Shown one piece after another: positions 1-10,540 of a DNA stretch of 32,000 bases (the stretch's first letter is position 1; the number at the start of each line of letters is the position of its first letter). The DNA is from Caedibacter taeniospiralis. Its GTDB lineage: Bacteria; Pseudomonadota; Gammaproteobacteria; Francisellales; Francisellaceae. Under the pieces are notes generated by a model, which saw only the letters and a list, made by a program, of their open reading frames with translations, had not been told where the DNA came from and did not search any database. Made by a program: the position numbers and the translations under genes. Location of the stretch: assembly GCF_002803295.2 (NCBI RefSeq), contig NZ_PGGB02000007.1, positions 57,414 through 89,413 on the forward strand. Direction: 5' to 3'.

Positions 1-59
1 ATTTGCATGCTTAAGCTCAATAAAGATAAGCAAAAGAGTGATCTAATTGTCTTTTTCAT
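1..59 (-). CDS. 5' end of an exported-protein gene that runs off the left edge (partial)
   Basis: The minus-strand ATG is at 57-59, with AGGAG (revcomp of 67-71) 7 nt upstream. The translation MKKTIRSLFCLSLLSLSMQ... looks like a signal peptide. Only 19 codons are visible. Confidence 0.4.
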   Translation of the reverse strand, partial: MKKTIRSLFCLSLLSLSMQ

Positions 60-277
60 AGTAGGGCTCCTTACACGATCAATGCTATTTAGTTTCGTCT
101 CCTGACGTGCTAACAGATATAAGCCATAAAATTAAAATATGCTACTGTGATCATCGGAAAATTTAGCTTTCTGTCCGAACTCCAGTTATTTATTCTCAAC
201 AACCTTAAAAGTTGAACTGTTGCTTATTGCAGCTTAATGATAAAATGCCAATAGATTCAGTCATGCGAGGTGAAAAG

Positions 278-1255
278 ATGAGATTTTTAGATATTCGCAC
301 CGATTTTGCGTTCAAAAAAGTGTTCGGCAGCGAAGGCAGTAAACCGCGTCTTATTTCATTTTTAAATTCGGTGATTCAATTTGAGGGTGATGCTAAGATA
401 ACCGATTTAACGATCGTTGATCCTTATAACATCCCACTGCTAAAGGGAATGAAGGACAGCTTTGTAGATGTCAAAGCCGTACTTGATAATGGCTGCAAAG
501 TAATCATTGAAATGCAGGTTTTGTCACATGCGGGGCTGGAAAAAAGGATTCTCTATAACGCAGCAAAGAATTACTCGACACAGCTTTTGGAAGGGGAAAA
601 GTATCATTTGTTAAATCCCATTATTGCGCTGACCATCGTTGATTTTATGATGTTCGAAGACAATACCAGACTCATTTCAAACTTTAAGCTTCTGGAAAAG
701 GAAGAGTTTATCACCTACAACGATGATCTTGAGCTTATTTTTATTGAATTGCCAAAATTTACTAAAACATTGGAAGAGCTAAAAAACATCCAGGATCAAT
801 GGCTCTATTTTATTAAAAATGCAGGGAGTCTTGCGCATATTCCGCACAACCTGAGCACCGAGGTTATCTCGGCATTTGATATCAGCAATACCGCAGCTAT
901 GACTGAGGAAGAACTTGAAGTTCAGTACAAGAAAAAAGAGTTTATTATCGTGCAAAAGGAAATTGCCGAGGAGAGGGAAAAGGCTGAAAAAAAGGCAAGT
1001 CAGGCAGAGGAAAAAGCGAGAAAAGCAGAGGCTAAAGCAATAGAAGCAGAAAAAAAAGCAAGAAAAGCGGAGGAGAAAGCAAGAAAAGCGGAGGAGAAAG
1101 CAAGAAAAGAGCGTAAAGAAGGGGTAAAAGAAGGAAAGGCACAAGTACAAATTGACATTGCCAAACAACTTAAAGCAGCGGGTATGGGTAATGCGGAGAT
1201 TTCTGCCATGACTGGTTTGTCGGTTGAAGCGGTGAGCCAATTAAACCAAGACTGA
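278..1255 (+). CDS. Rpn-family PD-(D/E)XK nuclease / putative transposase with a Lys/Glu/Ala-rich repeat tail
   Basis: ATG at 278 follows GAGGTG at 266-271. The N-terminus MRFLDIRTDFAFKKVFG and the core FVDVKAV...KVIIEMQV are typical of this nuclease family. The ORF-track start at 212 is a TTG extension. Confidence 0.8.
   Translation: MRFLDIRTDFAFKKVFGSEGSKPRLISFLNSVIQFEGDAKITDLTIVDPYNIPLLKGMKDSFVDVKAVLDNGCKVIIEMQVLSHAGLEKRILYNAAKNYSTQLLEGEKYHLLNPIIALTIVDFMMFEDNTRLISNFKLLEKEEFITYNDDLELIFIELPKFTKTLEELKNIQDQWLYFIKNAGSLAHIPHNLSTEVISAFDISNTAAMTEEELEVQYKKKEFIIVQKEIAEEREKAEKKASQAEEKARKAEAKAIEAEKKARKAEEKARKAEEKARKERKEGVKEGKAQVQIDIAKQLKAAGMGNAEISAMTGLSVEAVSQLNQD
995..1120 (+). repeat. Six tandem 21-nt units (7 aa, ARKAEEK-like) inside the Rpn gene
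   Basis: Units start at 995, 1016, 1037, 1058, 1079 and 1100. Units 1058-1078 and 1079-1099 (gcaagaaaagcggaggagaaa) are identical and the others are degenerate. Confidence 0.9.
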
Positions 1256-1321
1256 GTTTTTACTCTAGCCCAAAACGCTCAACATTGAATGCTTCAGGTC
1301 GAGCTTAGACCACCCCATCAA

Positions 1322-1636
1322 TCAAAATTCTTCGCAAATGGTTTGATCATTGCCCAAAACAAGTCCTCTTTGTTGGGCAATTTTGCTAAGCTTCATCATT
1401 TTAGCGTGATAAGAATCATTGTCGTTGCGTTTTCTAAATGTTGCTGGCTTTTCAGTGTAAGGGTTGAACATAAAAAATTGATGCGTACCCCGGCTGATAT
1501 TGCATGTACGAATATGAGCAACCTTAGTTGCTTCCTTCCAATCTGTACTTTGTATATCTAAGATACATTCTGCAAAGACGCTGCCACTTAAGGTCAATGC
1601 CAGCAAGATTGAAAGTAAGTTGTTTTTAATATTCAT
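1322..1636 (-). CDS. Small secreted hypothetical protein (104 aa)
   Basis: ATG at 1634-1636 with GGAGA upstream (revcomp of about 1644-1650). The signal peptide MNIKNNLLSILLALTLSGSVFA is clear. No family was recognised. Confidence 0.5.
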   Translation of the reverse strand: MNIKNNLLSILLALTLSGSVFAECILDIQSTDWKEATKVAHIRTCNISRGTHQFFMFNPYTEKPATFRKRNDNDSYHAKMMKLSKIAQQRGLVLGNDQTICEEF

Positions 1637-1798
1637 TTTGTTGTCTCCACTGGTGCTGTTTTTTTGACCATCTCATTATATGGTTTAAAAGATAATCTAA
1701 TTAAGAGGAATATTTGACCTTTGAAGGAAATTTTTCCCCTGGTTGATGGATCGATTAAGCAGGTTGTAATAAACTACCCCATCCCTGGGCATTGATTA

Positions 1799-2380
1799 TT
1801 AGCTTTGTGATTCAAAGCAGTAGACAGGTCTTGCGTAGGTAGCGCCACAAGAGGAGTTGAAGCTGCCACCGTCACCGTAAATGTAAGCAGTCCAGTTGCC
1901 ATTAGTGAAGGCTTGTCGTCCCCAGTTTGCCTTTGCTCCCGCACCACTACTTGGTGTGGTGTTAGAAAGTGATGTCCAGTTGTTACAAGAGGCAAAGTTA
2001 TCAAGACCGGTAAAGGTACCATCTACATTTGTAGCCGCTTTAACCCCCGCACCAGGAGAACCTGAGCGTGGATCATTGATTGCATTCACGAGATTGCCAC
2101 TTAACAAAGTTCCAGTGGGAGCAATCGGCAAGTTGTAATTCCAGTTTGCGGTGTAGGATAGTAGATTATTGTAACCGATATTATCCCTGGCATTCATTCC
2201 AGAATCACTTAACCAGGCTTTAAATATGCCACCGTCGTTTGGATTATTTTGATCGTTGGCACAAATACTATTGGCTTTTGCCACAGGAGTCGTCCCCGTA
2301 GCCGCAGTTGCGCCTTTGTTTAACATCCAGGCATTGTTATCCCCACTGACAACGCTATAAGACGTAAACACACGACACAC
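1799..2380 (-). CDS. DUF1554-like (lectin-like) domain in the same frame as the upstream lipoprotein ORF; probably its C-terminal domain cut off by one TGA
   Basis: The translation VCRVFTSYSV...GGIFKAWLSDSG...ASCNNWTS...RPVYCFESQS matches my memory of the DUF1554 pattern (iFvT..., ykAWLSD, C..WT, lyCfEq). It begins at the codon (GTG, 2378-2380) directly after the TGA at 2381-2383. No Shine-Dalgarno sequence is visible upstream. Confidence 0.6.
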   Translation of the reverse strand: MCRVFTSYSVVSGDNNAWMLNKGATAATGTTPVAKANSICANDQNNPNDGGIFKAWLSDSGMNARDNIGYNNLLSYTANWNYNLPIAPTGTLLSGNLVNAINDPRSGSPGAGVKAATNVDGTFTGLDNFASCNNWTSLSNTTPSSGAGAKANWGRQAFTNGNWTAYIYGDGGSFNSSCGATYARPVYCFESQS

Positions 2381-5300
2381 TCAACTATACGCGCAACCGA
2401 CAGCAGCTTTGAAGCTCGCGTTATTATTGCTTAAACTTGACACGTCTGCAGAGCTCGTAAAGGTATAGTTTCCATCGACGTTAGCAACATCCAGGTCAAA
2501 GCTACAGCTTGAGTGTGCCGCGATTGTGGTGCCGCAGGTGTCATTACTGACGGTCAAATCACTACTTTGTCCTGAAGTATTAAGCGTCAGTCCCGTGACG
2601 TCAGTATCCCCTTTATTCTCCAAGGTAATGCTGTTGACAACCGCATCGGGGTTTAAAGCGGTGGTACGCTTGGGTAAATTCAAGGGGCTACTTGTTGTAT
2701 TCAAACCAGAGCCTGTGCTTGCAGCTGAATAGGCAAGATAGCCTAAAGAAGAGTCGACACTAAAGTCTACAGGTAAACTATCGGCAGAAAGGTTCTTGTG
2801 TGCTCTTAAAGTTAGCGCATAGCTTGCTCGCATGCTTGTTTCATTAGTTTGAATCCCAATAGTACAGCTTGCATTAGCGGCTACCGAAGTCCCTGTGAGA
2901 CAACTTACGCCTGAGCTCGGTGCAACAATGGTCACGTTTGCCGTATCGCAGGTATCCAGTCCATTTGCCACACAGCTGATCACATAATCAGAGGAGGTAG
3001 TTGAAGGCTCCCATGCGGTTTGGGTGTTGGTGTTGGTAATACTCACATCGGTAACCTGATTGCCTGTCGCAGGACGTCTGATGCTACCAGCATCACCGAT
3101 AGCGCCAGGCGTCACTGTCACCCCCGCGACATTAACCTGCATTTGTGTGTTGCCATCACAGTTGGCACAGTTTTCAGCATCCCCAAATGCCGCATAATGA
3201 TAAGCGCCATCGGTAACTGAATTATCAGCAGAAACCTCAAAGCTGCAACTGCTCCCTGAGGCAAGCGTTGTTGGTGAGCTTTGACTACCACAATTGTTGT
3301 TAGCTGTAGTTAGTTCAGCAGGTTCAGTAAGATAGAAGTTAGTAATATCGGTGTTTCCTGAGTTATTTACCGTGACCGTTTGTACTATAGGATTCGAGCC
3401 CTTACCAATATTGGCGATTTGCGGCGCAAAGCTCACAAAGCCCATATTATCGATTACATCAAAAATGACAGATTGGGCAGAAGCGAGGTTGGTTGCCTGG
3501 CGGATATTTAAAGCGTAACTGCCGACATTAGCAGAAGATTCTACCTGTAATCCTAAGGCGCATGTACCACCCGCGGAAACAACCCCACCTGCTAAGCAAT
3601 AAGCTTGTGACAATCCCGTACCAACCATGGAGATTCCTGTGGTATCAGTACCTGTCAGTTGATAATCCTCGACATTGGTAGATGGGTGCCAGTCGAAGCC
3701 TGAGTTATTGGTAATCAATACTTCGGTAATACTATTCCCACTCATAGGCACGGAAATGGCAGCTACTGGCGCAATTGAAAGATTGACACCTGTCACAATG
3801 ACGGGGATGGTATGAGAGACGGCTTGTGCACCCGAGGTTCCATCAGCACTGATGATGAAATTGCCAGCACCCATGCCATCAGGCGCATTCACGCTAAAGC
3901 TGCAACTGGCATCTGGGACTAAGGTGCTACCCGTACAGCTGTCGTCTGTTTTTGTCAGTGGCGATGGGATATTAACAGCCACGCCACTAATAGGCGTCTG
4001 CCCAATATTGTTAAGCGTGATGGCTTGACTGCCACCAATTTGGAGGCTGGTGCTTGCAATTTGGGTACTCCCATCACTAAACTGAAATTTCCCGACAGCA
4101 CCTTTGACAGAAAAGCTTTTAGTCTGCTGAGTCGTAAGATTTTGCGCAGGGGTAAGCGTTAGTGTGTAGTCACCAGGTGCTGTATTGATATTGGTTTCGA
4201 TCGCTAAATCACAGCTTGCCCCAGGGACGACAGGAGTACCAGATAAACAGCTACTGCCTAAGCTTGCGCCAAGCACTTCGATATTTTCTGCCGCTAGCGT
4301 TTGGTCCTCTGGGCTTATGAGATAATTTTCAGGGAGGTTGGAAGGTACCCAGTTGAATTTACCGGTATTACTAATGCTCACATGGATCACCTCTTGACCT
4401 GATTCAGGAACACGTAAGGCATCACTCGTACCAACAGTGCCAATGCTTATTTCGGCAGGAGCTACATTTACACTCGCCTGACTGATAAAGCTATTGCCAG
4501 CACTGTCGCTGTAATGAATGCTAAGCGACTTATTGCTTTGAGGTTGGGCGGTGGCATCGACGTGTAATATAATCGTGCAGCTATCGTTGGTCTCACCACT
4601 TGCAGCCAATTGATGACCATCGACACATGTGCCACCTAGCTGATGAACGTCACTAGGCAAATCAAGCTGAATGCCTGGGGTTTCAATAGTCAGTACAGTA
4701 TTGGCAAGATTCGTGAAGGTAAGCGTTTCAAAACCAGCAGGATCAGTTAAAGTGGCACTGCTATCTAGTTTTCCTGGTACGGCTGAAATCTCAATCGCTG
4801 GAGAAATTTTATTTCTTAAGTTCGCAGCAGTGACGCTTACTGTCTTAGAAATCGGGTTATTGGTCAGCTCAGCATAATGCGCTAAGATGGCATCACTGAT
4901 ATTACTGCCTCCTGGAAGATCAAAGCTTATGACCGCTGATTGTCCAGGAGATAAGTTTTCAGCACGACCGTCTTTACTGTAAAGAATGCTTCTTGAGCCA
5001 TCTAAATTGTGTGTAAGCACGGCACTTTTTAGATTTTGCATACTATCGGCCAGCCAATCAGGCACTCTGATGCTCACGTTATTTAAAGCAACAGTGTTTT
5101 CCGCTGGGTTTAACAGGGTGATCGTCGTCGTGCTGTCAGGAGCAATTGCAGTGACGTTTGTGACTTCAGCCAATGGTAAGGCAGTGTTTCCAGCACCAAC
5201 AAATTGGATTTTAACTGGTAGACTGATGGTTTGTGAGTTGGTTTTAACTTGAATATTACCATCCACCTTCGCACCATCGCTGTTACTTTCAACCAAAGCC

Positions 5301-5668
5301 TTAATCGCGCAACTTGGTTGTGCTGATGATAAAGCCAGTCCTGCTTTACAGTCTGGTAAGCCTGTGGTGTTCTCAATTTGTGTCCACAAAACGCCGCTTG
5401 CGGCTGGAAAATCAATGGCACTGATTGTGCTGCCTGTTTCTCCCGCGCCAAGTGCCAATGCGGCGGCTTGACTGCCTGTATTCACGACAGCCTCAAAAAC
5501 ACCTGCTTGATTAGTAACCATTGTTTCAGGCAGGCTGCTGAAAGTACTTAGGTTGATTGGCTCGGAACTGCTTGAGTCTGAGGAGCTGCTGGAGCTACCT
5601 CCACAACCTGCGAGTAATCCCAAGAGACTTGCACTAGTTAATAGGGAAATAAGTTTACGTTTTTTCAT
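2381..5668 (-). CDS. Giant surface lipoprotein with about 8 tandem Ig-like Cys-pair modules
   Basis: Signal peptide with lipobox LLAGC (Cys22), followed by a poly-Ser linker. Repeated modules carry C-x(8-16)-C pairs (SCLSGTPVVPGASCDLAIETN, DDSCTGSTLVPDASCSFSVNA, YCLAGGVVSAGGTCALGLQVE, NDTCGTTIAAHSSCSFDLDVA). These resemble choice-of-anchor-D / ASH-type domains. Confidence 0.85.
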   Translation of the reverse strand: MKKRKLISLLTSASLLGLLAGCGGSSSSSSDSSSSEPINLSTFSSLPETMVTNQAGVFEAVVNTGSQAAALALGAGETGSTISAIDFPAASGVLWTQIENTTGLPDCKAGLALSSAQPSCAIKALVESNSDGAKVDGNIQVKTNSQTISLPVKIQFVGAGNTALPLAEVTNVTAIAPDSTTTITLLNPAENTVALNNVSIRVPDWLADSMQNLKSAVLTHNLDGSRSILYSKDGRAENLSPGQSAVISFDLPGGSNISDAILAHYAELTNNPISKTVSVTAANLRNKISPAIEISAVPGKLDSSATLTDPAGFETLTFTNLANTVLTIETPGIQLDLPSDVHQLGGTCVDGHQLAASGETNDSCTIILHVDATAQPQSNKSLSIHYSDSAGNSFISQASVNVAPAEISIGTVGTSDALRVPESGQEVIHVSISNTGKFNWVPSNLPENYLISPEDQTLAAENIEVLGASLGSSCLSGTPVVPGASCDLAIETNINTAPGDYTLTLTPAQNLTTQQTKSFSVKGAVGKFQFSDGSTQIASTSLQIGGSQAITLNNIGQTPISGVAVNIPSPLTKTDDSCTGSTLVPDASCSFSVNAPDGMGAGNFIISADGTSGAQAVSHTIPVIVTGVNLSIAPVAAISVPMSGNSITEVLITNNSGFDWHPSTNVEDYQLTGTDTTGISMVGTGLSQAYCLAGGVVSAGGTCALGLQVESSANVGSYALNIRQATNLASAQSVIFDVIDNMGFVSFAPQIANIGKGSNPIVQTVTVNNSGNTDITNFYLTEPAELTTANNNCGSQSSPTTLASGSSCSFEVSADNSVTDGAYHYAAFGDAENCANCDGNTQMQVNVAGVTVTPGAIGDAGSIRRPATGNQVTDVSITNTNTQTAWEPSTTSSDYVISCVANGLDTCDTANVTIVAPSSGVSCLTGTSVAANASCTIGIQTNETSMRASYALTLRAHKNLSADSLPVDFSVDSSLGYLAYSAASTGSGLNTTSSPLNLPKRTTALNPDAVVNSITLENKGDTDVTGLTLNTSGQSSDLTVSNDTCGTTIAAHSSCSFDLDVANVDGNYTFTSSADVSSLSNNNASFKAAVGCAYS

Positions 5669-5886
5669 GGTTTTCTCCTTTTTGGTTTATCTGGGGTGAC
5701 AATTTAAATTACACTCTTTTATTGATCGTTTTTTGTCACAAGCACATAATACGTACAGATAAACCGTTAAAAAAGTATATATTTTGATCTACAGTGGTAA
5801 TAATTACCATCATAAGGATTAAGATAGTGCTTAGACAAAAATCTGGAAAACCATTCAATTAAAAATTATGGTATGTGCTGCTGCGC

Positions 5887-5916
5887 TTGACATCCTTAAT
5901 ACCTAGTCACTACACT
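5887..5916 (+). promoter_or_regulatory. Candidate sigma70 promoter (TTGACA-18 nt-TACACT)
   Basis: TTGACA lies at 5887-5892 and TACACT at 5911-5916, about 145 nt upstream of the CDS at 6060. This is a sequence match only. Confidence 0.25.
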
Positions 5917-6059
5917 CAACGCCAGAGGTTAAAGTATATGACCTCGTCAGTTGTCCGAAACTCAGCTTTGCGTTATGTTTACGCTTGAAGCTGGCAATTA
6001 TACATTGAAGGTTGTTGTGTTTTGGACGTTCATCGTAACCATATAGAAGGATTTAAATA

Positions 6060-6551
6060 ATGAAAACTAGATCACTAATGATGCTCATTGCTATGAGCTT
6101 AAGCACCGCCGCGTTTGCTATAGAGAACCAAACGATCCCAAGAATGCAAGTAGGAATCAGTGTACCTGGAGATGTACTATATTCTTTTACGGTTAAAGGT
6201 TATTCCAGGTCATCTCCACCTATGGCAGTAGGTGCTCGACATTCATCTAGCGTTACTGTAGGAGCAGATCAGTTTCCCCTTAAAGCTAGTATTGTTAAAG
6301 ATAAGATGCACTTAAGCGTTGACGGGACGATTGTTAATGGAGGAAAAGATATGGGCTTTACTTTAAGTGAGGACACACTTGATTATAAGCTGTATCTAAA
6401 GTGCAATGCTGACTGGTTAAACTTAAACGCTGCTATGCCTGTGACATGCCCGATCAAGCTTGACGGTGTTGCATCTGCTATTATTCAGGTTTGTCGTATC
6501 AATGACAGCACGTGTGATGGACAAATAAAACCTGCGCAACAAGGTATATAA
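6060..6551 (+). CDS. Secreted hypothetical protein (163 aa)
   Basis: GAAGGA RBS lies before the ATG at 6060. The signal peptide is MKTRSLMMLIAMSLSTAAFA. No family was recognised. Confidence 0.6.
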   Translation: MKTRSLMMLIAMSLSTAAFAIENQTIPRMQVGISVPGDVLYSFTVKGYSRSSPPMAVGARHSSSVTVGADQFPLKASIVKDKMHLSVDGTIVNGGKDMGFTLSEDTLDYKLYLKCNADWLNLNAAMPVTCPIKLDGVASAIIQVCRINDSTCDGQIKPAQQGI

Positions 6552-6639
6552 GAACGTACAAACTCAGAGAGAACTTTAAATTTTGTAATCTCAAACCTCC
6601 TTTAGGAGAGAGCAAGGAATTCCTTACTGGCTTACACAT

Positions 6640-7587
6640 CTAACCTTCGAATGCACCAAAAGACATAAGTTTCTCGTAACGCCTGGCTAAACGCTCTTCA
6701 TTTGACAAGGCACTTAGCTCAGCTAATAAGCGCTGCAAAGCTAACTTGATTTCCTTGGCGGCTTCATTGATATTGCGATGCGCGCCACCTAATGGCTCTT
6801 TTATTACTTCGTCAATAATATTGTGTTCCTTGAGTCTTTTGGCAGTAATCCCCATAATTTCAGCGGCATCAGCCGCTTTTTCGGCTGTTTTCCACAAAAT
6901 AGACGCACAGCCTTCAGGTGAAATAGTCGCAAAATAGCTGTACTCCAGCATCACTAGCTTATCGCCAACCCCAATACCCAGAGCCCCTCCAGAGCAGCCT
7001 TCACCGATGACCACACAGATAATCGGCACATTTAATTTGGACATTTCCAGCAAATTCCTGGCGATTGCTTCACTTTGCCCACGCTCTTCAGCCTTAATCC
7101 CAGGATACGCTCCTGGGGTATCAATAAATGTGATCACTGGCACATTAAACTTCTCCGCCAGCTTCATGAGTCGAAGTGCCTTACGATACCCTTCAGGGTG
7201 CATCATGCCAAAGTTATGCCTCAACTTATCTTTGGTTTTTCGCCCCTTCTCCTGCCCAATAACCATAACAGGCTGCTCACCAAGCTTAGCCAAACCACCG
7301 ATCACCGCTTTATCATCAGCAAAGGCACGGTCCCCATGCAAAGCTTGAAAGTCGGTAAATATCTTTTTTAACAAATCCAAAAAATAGGGTCGCTCAGGAT
7401 GGCGAGCCAGCTGAATAATCTGCCAATCAGTTAATGAACTATAGATTTTCTTCATTAAATCAGCAGTCTTTAGCTGCAACTTTTGGATTTCATGCTGGAC
7501 TTCTTCACTATGTGCATTTGACTTAGCCAGTGCTTCTATCTTTGCTTCTAACTCAGCAATGGGTTTTTCAAATTCAAGAAATTGCAT
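6640..7587 (-). CDS. accA: Acetyl-CoA carboxylase carboxyltransferase alpha subunit
   Basis: [20 protein letters not shown]... is collinear with E. coli AccA ([19 protein letters not shown]). I chose the ATG at 7585-7587 rather than the 7-codon upstream extension in the ORF track. Confidence 0.95.
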   Translation of the reverse strand: MQFLEFEKPIAELEAKIEALAKSNAHSEEVQHEIQKLQLKTADLMKKIYSSLTDWQIIQLARHPERPYFLDLLKKIFTDFQALHGDRAFADDKAVIGGLAKLGEQPVMVIGQEKGRKTKDKLRHNFGMMHPEGYRKALRLMKLAEKFNVPVITFIDTPGAYPGIKAEERGQSEAIARNLLEMSKLNVPIICVVIGEGCSGGALGIGVGDKLVMLEYSYFATISPEGCASILWKTAEKAADAAEIMGITAKRLKEHNIIDEVIKEPLGGAHRNINEAAKEIKLALQRLLAELSALSNEERLARRYEKLMSFGAFEG

Positions 7588-7600
7588 ATACTTTCCTATC

Positions 7601-8893
7601 CTAGTCAATTTGACGCTTACAATACGTTTCTTTAATCAAGAATGCAAACATAATACTAATGATAAAGCCAATTAGCAAAATGCCCATACCAAAATCAAGC
7701 CCAGGTGCAGCCATGTCCTCCAAACCTTTTGACTGATTAAACCAGCTGGTAAGCATACCAAACAGAGGCATAGCAATAACACCACCCCACAACAGTGAGT
7801 TCATCGATACAATGCTCGTTGCAACGGCATTGTTTTTCATCGGATTAGTCTCGCCGACAAATGGGTAAGCTATGGCTTGCGCGCTTGTAACAAAACCAAG
7901 CAGGAAGAAGAGGACTGATAATTGAGTAACACTCACCGTGCAAAACATAATCGCAGAGATAATGACCACCGAGCCAATCCCACCCAAAATCAACGGTTGT
8001 TTACGCCGACACATTCGTTCTGTGAACCAGCCCCAAAATGGATAAGCAAAAATCATCCCTAAGAAAATGTACCCTGTGATAGAGCGAGCTTCAAGTATAC
8101 TTACGCCATGCGTTTTTATTAAATACGCATTTGACCACATTCCTCCTAACATCCATGTACCAATATTGATTAAGCCAACGTAAATCCCCGCACACCAGTT
8201 TTGCGGTTTGGTTAATACCAGTTTTAATGTCTGTATAACCGATTCAGCTTTTAATGCCTCTGTTTGCACTTGACGAAACGCTATTAACTCTTTTGGGGTA
8301 TCCTGTACCAAAAGAAAAATAAGCACCGCAAGGCAAGCACCAAACAAGGCAATTACGTCCAAAGCATACTTTAAGCCTAAAAGATCAAGCAAGTAGCCAA
8401 CGGGCGCCTGAGCCACATACCCCCCCAACATTCCGATCGCAATAATAATGCCAATCACGAAACCCAAGCGATAAGAGGGAAACCAGTTTGTGGCAATGCG
8501 CACACAACCAATCAAGCTAAAGCTGGCACCAACGCCCATTAATAAGCGCGACGCGCCCATCACATAAATATTTGCTGTTAAGGTCATGACGAAAATACTT
8601 AGCGCACACACCAGTAATGCAATAGAGATGGCTAGCCGCGGTGAGAAACGATCTAAAATATAAGCAGCAGGAGTTAAACAGGCAATATTCGTGTAAAAAT
8701 ATAGGCTTGCAATAAAGCTCACACCAACGTGTGTCAAATCAGGATATGCTACTAAAATTGCTGGTGTTAACGTATTAAAGGCATTGCCTAAACCAAATTC
8801 AAAGAAAAAGAAGAAGGAAATTAAAATCACCACTGCCCAGGATTTTGCCAAGGACATTTGCGCGAGTTTCGTTTGATAAGATTCGGGGGTCAT
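7601..8893 (-). CDS. MFS transporter (about 12 TM segments)
   Basis: The protein is hydrophobic throughout, with MFS-like loop motifs. The ATG at 8891-8893 was chosen. Substrate is unknown. Confidence 0.75.
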   Translation of the reverse strand: MTPESYQTKLAQMSLAKSWAVVILISFFFFFEFGLGNAFNTLTPAILVAYPDLTHVGVSFIASLYFYTNIACLTPAAYILDRFSPRLAISIALLVCALSIFVMTLTANIYVMGASRLLMGVGASFSLIGCVRIATNWFPSYRLGFVIGIIIAIGMLGGYVAQAPVGYLLDLLGLKYALDVIALFGACLAVLIFLLVQDTPKELIAFRQVQTEALKAESVIQTLKLVLTKPQNWCAGIYVGLINIGTWMLGGMWSNAYLIKTHGVSILEARSITGYIFLGMIFAYPFWGWFTERMCRRKQPLILGGIGSVVIISAIMFCTVSVTQLSVLFFLLGFVTSAQAIAYPFVGETNPMKNNAVATSIVSMNSLLWGGVIAMPLFGMLTSWFNQSKGLEDMAAPGLDFGMGILLIGFIISIMFAFLIKETYCKRQID

Positions 8894-9081
8894 AGGCAGA
8901 TCCAAATAGTCAGCTTTGTTCTTTTGAGGATGGTAAATATAACAAAAAAATAATTTTTTTACAGTTTCATTTTACGGCAGTGACTATATTTCCGCACATT
9001 ACCTAAGTGTGAGTTGTCAGTGTGACGGACACTGATTACTCACACCGACACACTTGGGCAAATTATTTGCACAAGCCCATT

Positions 9082-10527
9082 TTACTCACATCCTCCTACC
9101 GTAATTTCATCGATTTTTAAACTGGCTTGCCCCACACCTACAGGGACAGATTGTCCCTCCTTGCCACACACGCCAACGCCTTTATCCAAGGCAAAGTCGC
9201 TGCCGATCATTGAAATTTTTTGCATGATCTCAGGACCATGACCAATCAAAGAGGCACCCTTAACGGGATGCACAATTTTACCGTTTTTAATTAAATAAGC
9301 CTGATCCATGACAAATACAAATTGCCCTGAGGTGATATCAACCTGCCCCCCATTGAAGTGGGTTGCATAAATGCCATGATCAATGCTCCTGATCATGTCT
9401 TCAAGCGCATCCTCACCTCCTAACATATACGTGTTTGTCATTCTTGGCAGAGGCAGGTGCGCATAGGATTGTCTTCTGCCATTGCCTGTGGGAGTAACTC
9501 CAAATGCTTTAGCTGAAATTCGATCATGAATATAGCCTTTTAAAATGCCCTTTTCGATCAACACTGTTTTTTGTGTTGGCGTGCCTTCATCATCAAAATT
9601 AAGTGAACCACGACGATTGGCAATACAGCCTTCATCCATCACTGTACACTTTTCTGAAGCCACTTTTTGCCCAATTTTTCCCGAAAAATGTGAACTTTGT
9701 TTGCGGTTAAAATCTCCTTCCAAGCCGTGTCCTACCGCTTCATGCAGTAAAACTGCGGGCCAGCCAGAACCAAGTACCACTGGCATTTTTCCGCTAGGCG
9801 CGGGCTTCGCGATTAAATTTGTTTTTGCCCCTTGATAGGCTTCATCGACATAACTTCGCCATAAATCCTGCTCGGTAAAATAGTGATAATCATAACGTCC
9901 TCCACCACCCGCGGAAAAGCTCTCACGCTTACCCTCTTCACACATGATAAGACTCACATTCATTCTCACTAATGGGCGCACATCCATCACACAAAGCCCA
10001 TCGGTATTTAAGATCAAAATCATCTCAATATTTGAGGCAAGCGCCACGCTGACTTGCTCTATCTTTGAGTCCAACGATTTTGCGTAATGGTTGACTTGAT
10101 GCAACAGTGCAATTTTATCTTCTGCAGGCATACTGCTTAGCGGGGAGTTTGACAGGTAGTGTCTGATGGTATTGGGCGTTATCAGCCTTTCAATCTTATG
10201 CGAGTTGTTACTGTTTTTAAGTAAAAACAAAGAAGTTTTAATCAATTTCTCAATCGTCTCTATCTGCAAGTCATCGGCATAGGCAACACCAGTTTCGCCA
10301 TCAAATACCGCTCTGACCCCAATGCCTTGCTCAATTCCAAAACTGCCATGCTTGACAACGTTGTCCTCCAAAGCCCAACTCTCTGCCATGATTTTTTGCA
10401 AATACAAATCACCAAAATCAATGTGCTTTTGTGTAAATGTATTTAGCTGCGCTTTTAATTTTTCCAGACTCAGATTAAATGGCTGTAACAAATGTTCACT
10501 AATAATACGGTAATATTGATCTTGCAT
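9082..10527 (-). CDS. tldD: Metalloprotease TldD
   Basis: HEAVGHGLEGDF zinc motif and full-length similarity to TldD. The ATG at 10525-10527 was chosen, because the ORF-track start at 10548 is a TTG that overlaps yciO. Confidence 0.9.
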   Translation of the reverse strand: MQDQYYRIISEHLLQPFNLSLEKLKAQLNTFTQKHIDFGDLYLQKIMAESWALEDNVVKHGSFGIEQGIGVRAVFDGETGVAYADDLQIETIEKLIKTSLFLLKNSNNSHKIERLITPNTIRHYLSNSPLSSMPAEDKIALLHQVNHYAKSLDSKIEQVSVALASNIEMILILNTDGLCVMDVRPLVRMNVSLIMCEEGKRESFSAGGGGRYDYHYFTEQDLWRSYVDEAYQGAKTNLIAKPAPSGKMPVVLGSGWPAVLLHEAVGHGLEGDFNRKQSSHFSGKIGQKVASEKCTVMDEGCIANRRGSLNFDDEGTPTQKTVLIEKGILKGYIHDRISAKAFGVTPTGNGRRQSYAHLPLPRMTNTYMLGGEDALEDMIRSIDHGIYATHFNGGQVDITSGQFVFVMDQAYLIKNGKIVHPVKGASLIGHGPEIMQKISMIGSDFALDKGVGVCGKEGQSVPVGVGQASLKIDEITVGGCE

Positions 10528-10540
10528 CTTATTCTCTAGG

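Noticed and set aside
779-1240. Minus-strand ORFs 779..1240 and 1000..1209
   Set aside because: They are antisense shadows of the low-complexity AEEKARK repeat in the Rpn gene. Their products (FLLRFSCF... repeats) are not protein-like.
1289-1561. Plus-strand ORF overlapping the small secreted-protein gene
   Set aside because: It has no RBS and no recognisable features. The minus-strand ORF has a clear signal peptide and an RBS.
2381-2383. The TGA in the lipoprotein gene as selenocysteine or as a reassigned Trp codon
   Set aside because: Other genes in the window clearly terminate at TGA (for example 25090 and 27994). I see no SECIS-like hairpin directly downstream. The local context (S-*-V-C) is not a typical CxxU/UxxC redox motif.
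2526-5451. Several 60-113-aa ORFs on either strand inside the giant lipoprotein gene
   Set aside because: They lie entirely within a long, well-supported CDS and show no independent signals.
9007-9045. Imperfect hairpin (GTGTGAG/CAGTGT...ACACTG/CTCACAC) downstream of tldD as a terminator
   Set aside because: No U-tract follows it on the minus strand, so it is not convincing as an intrinsic terminator.
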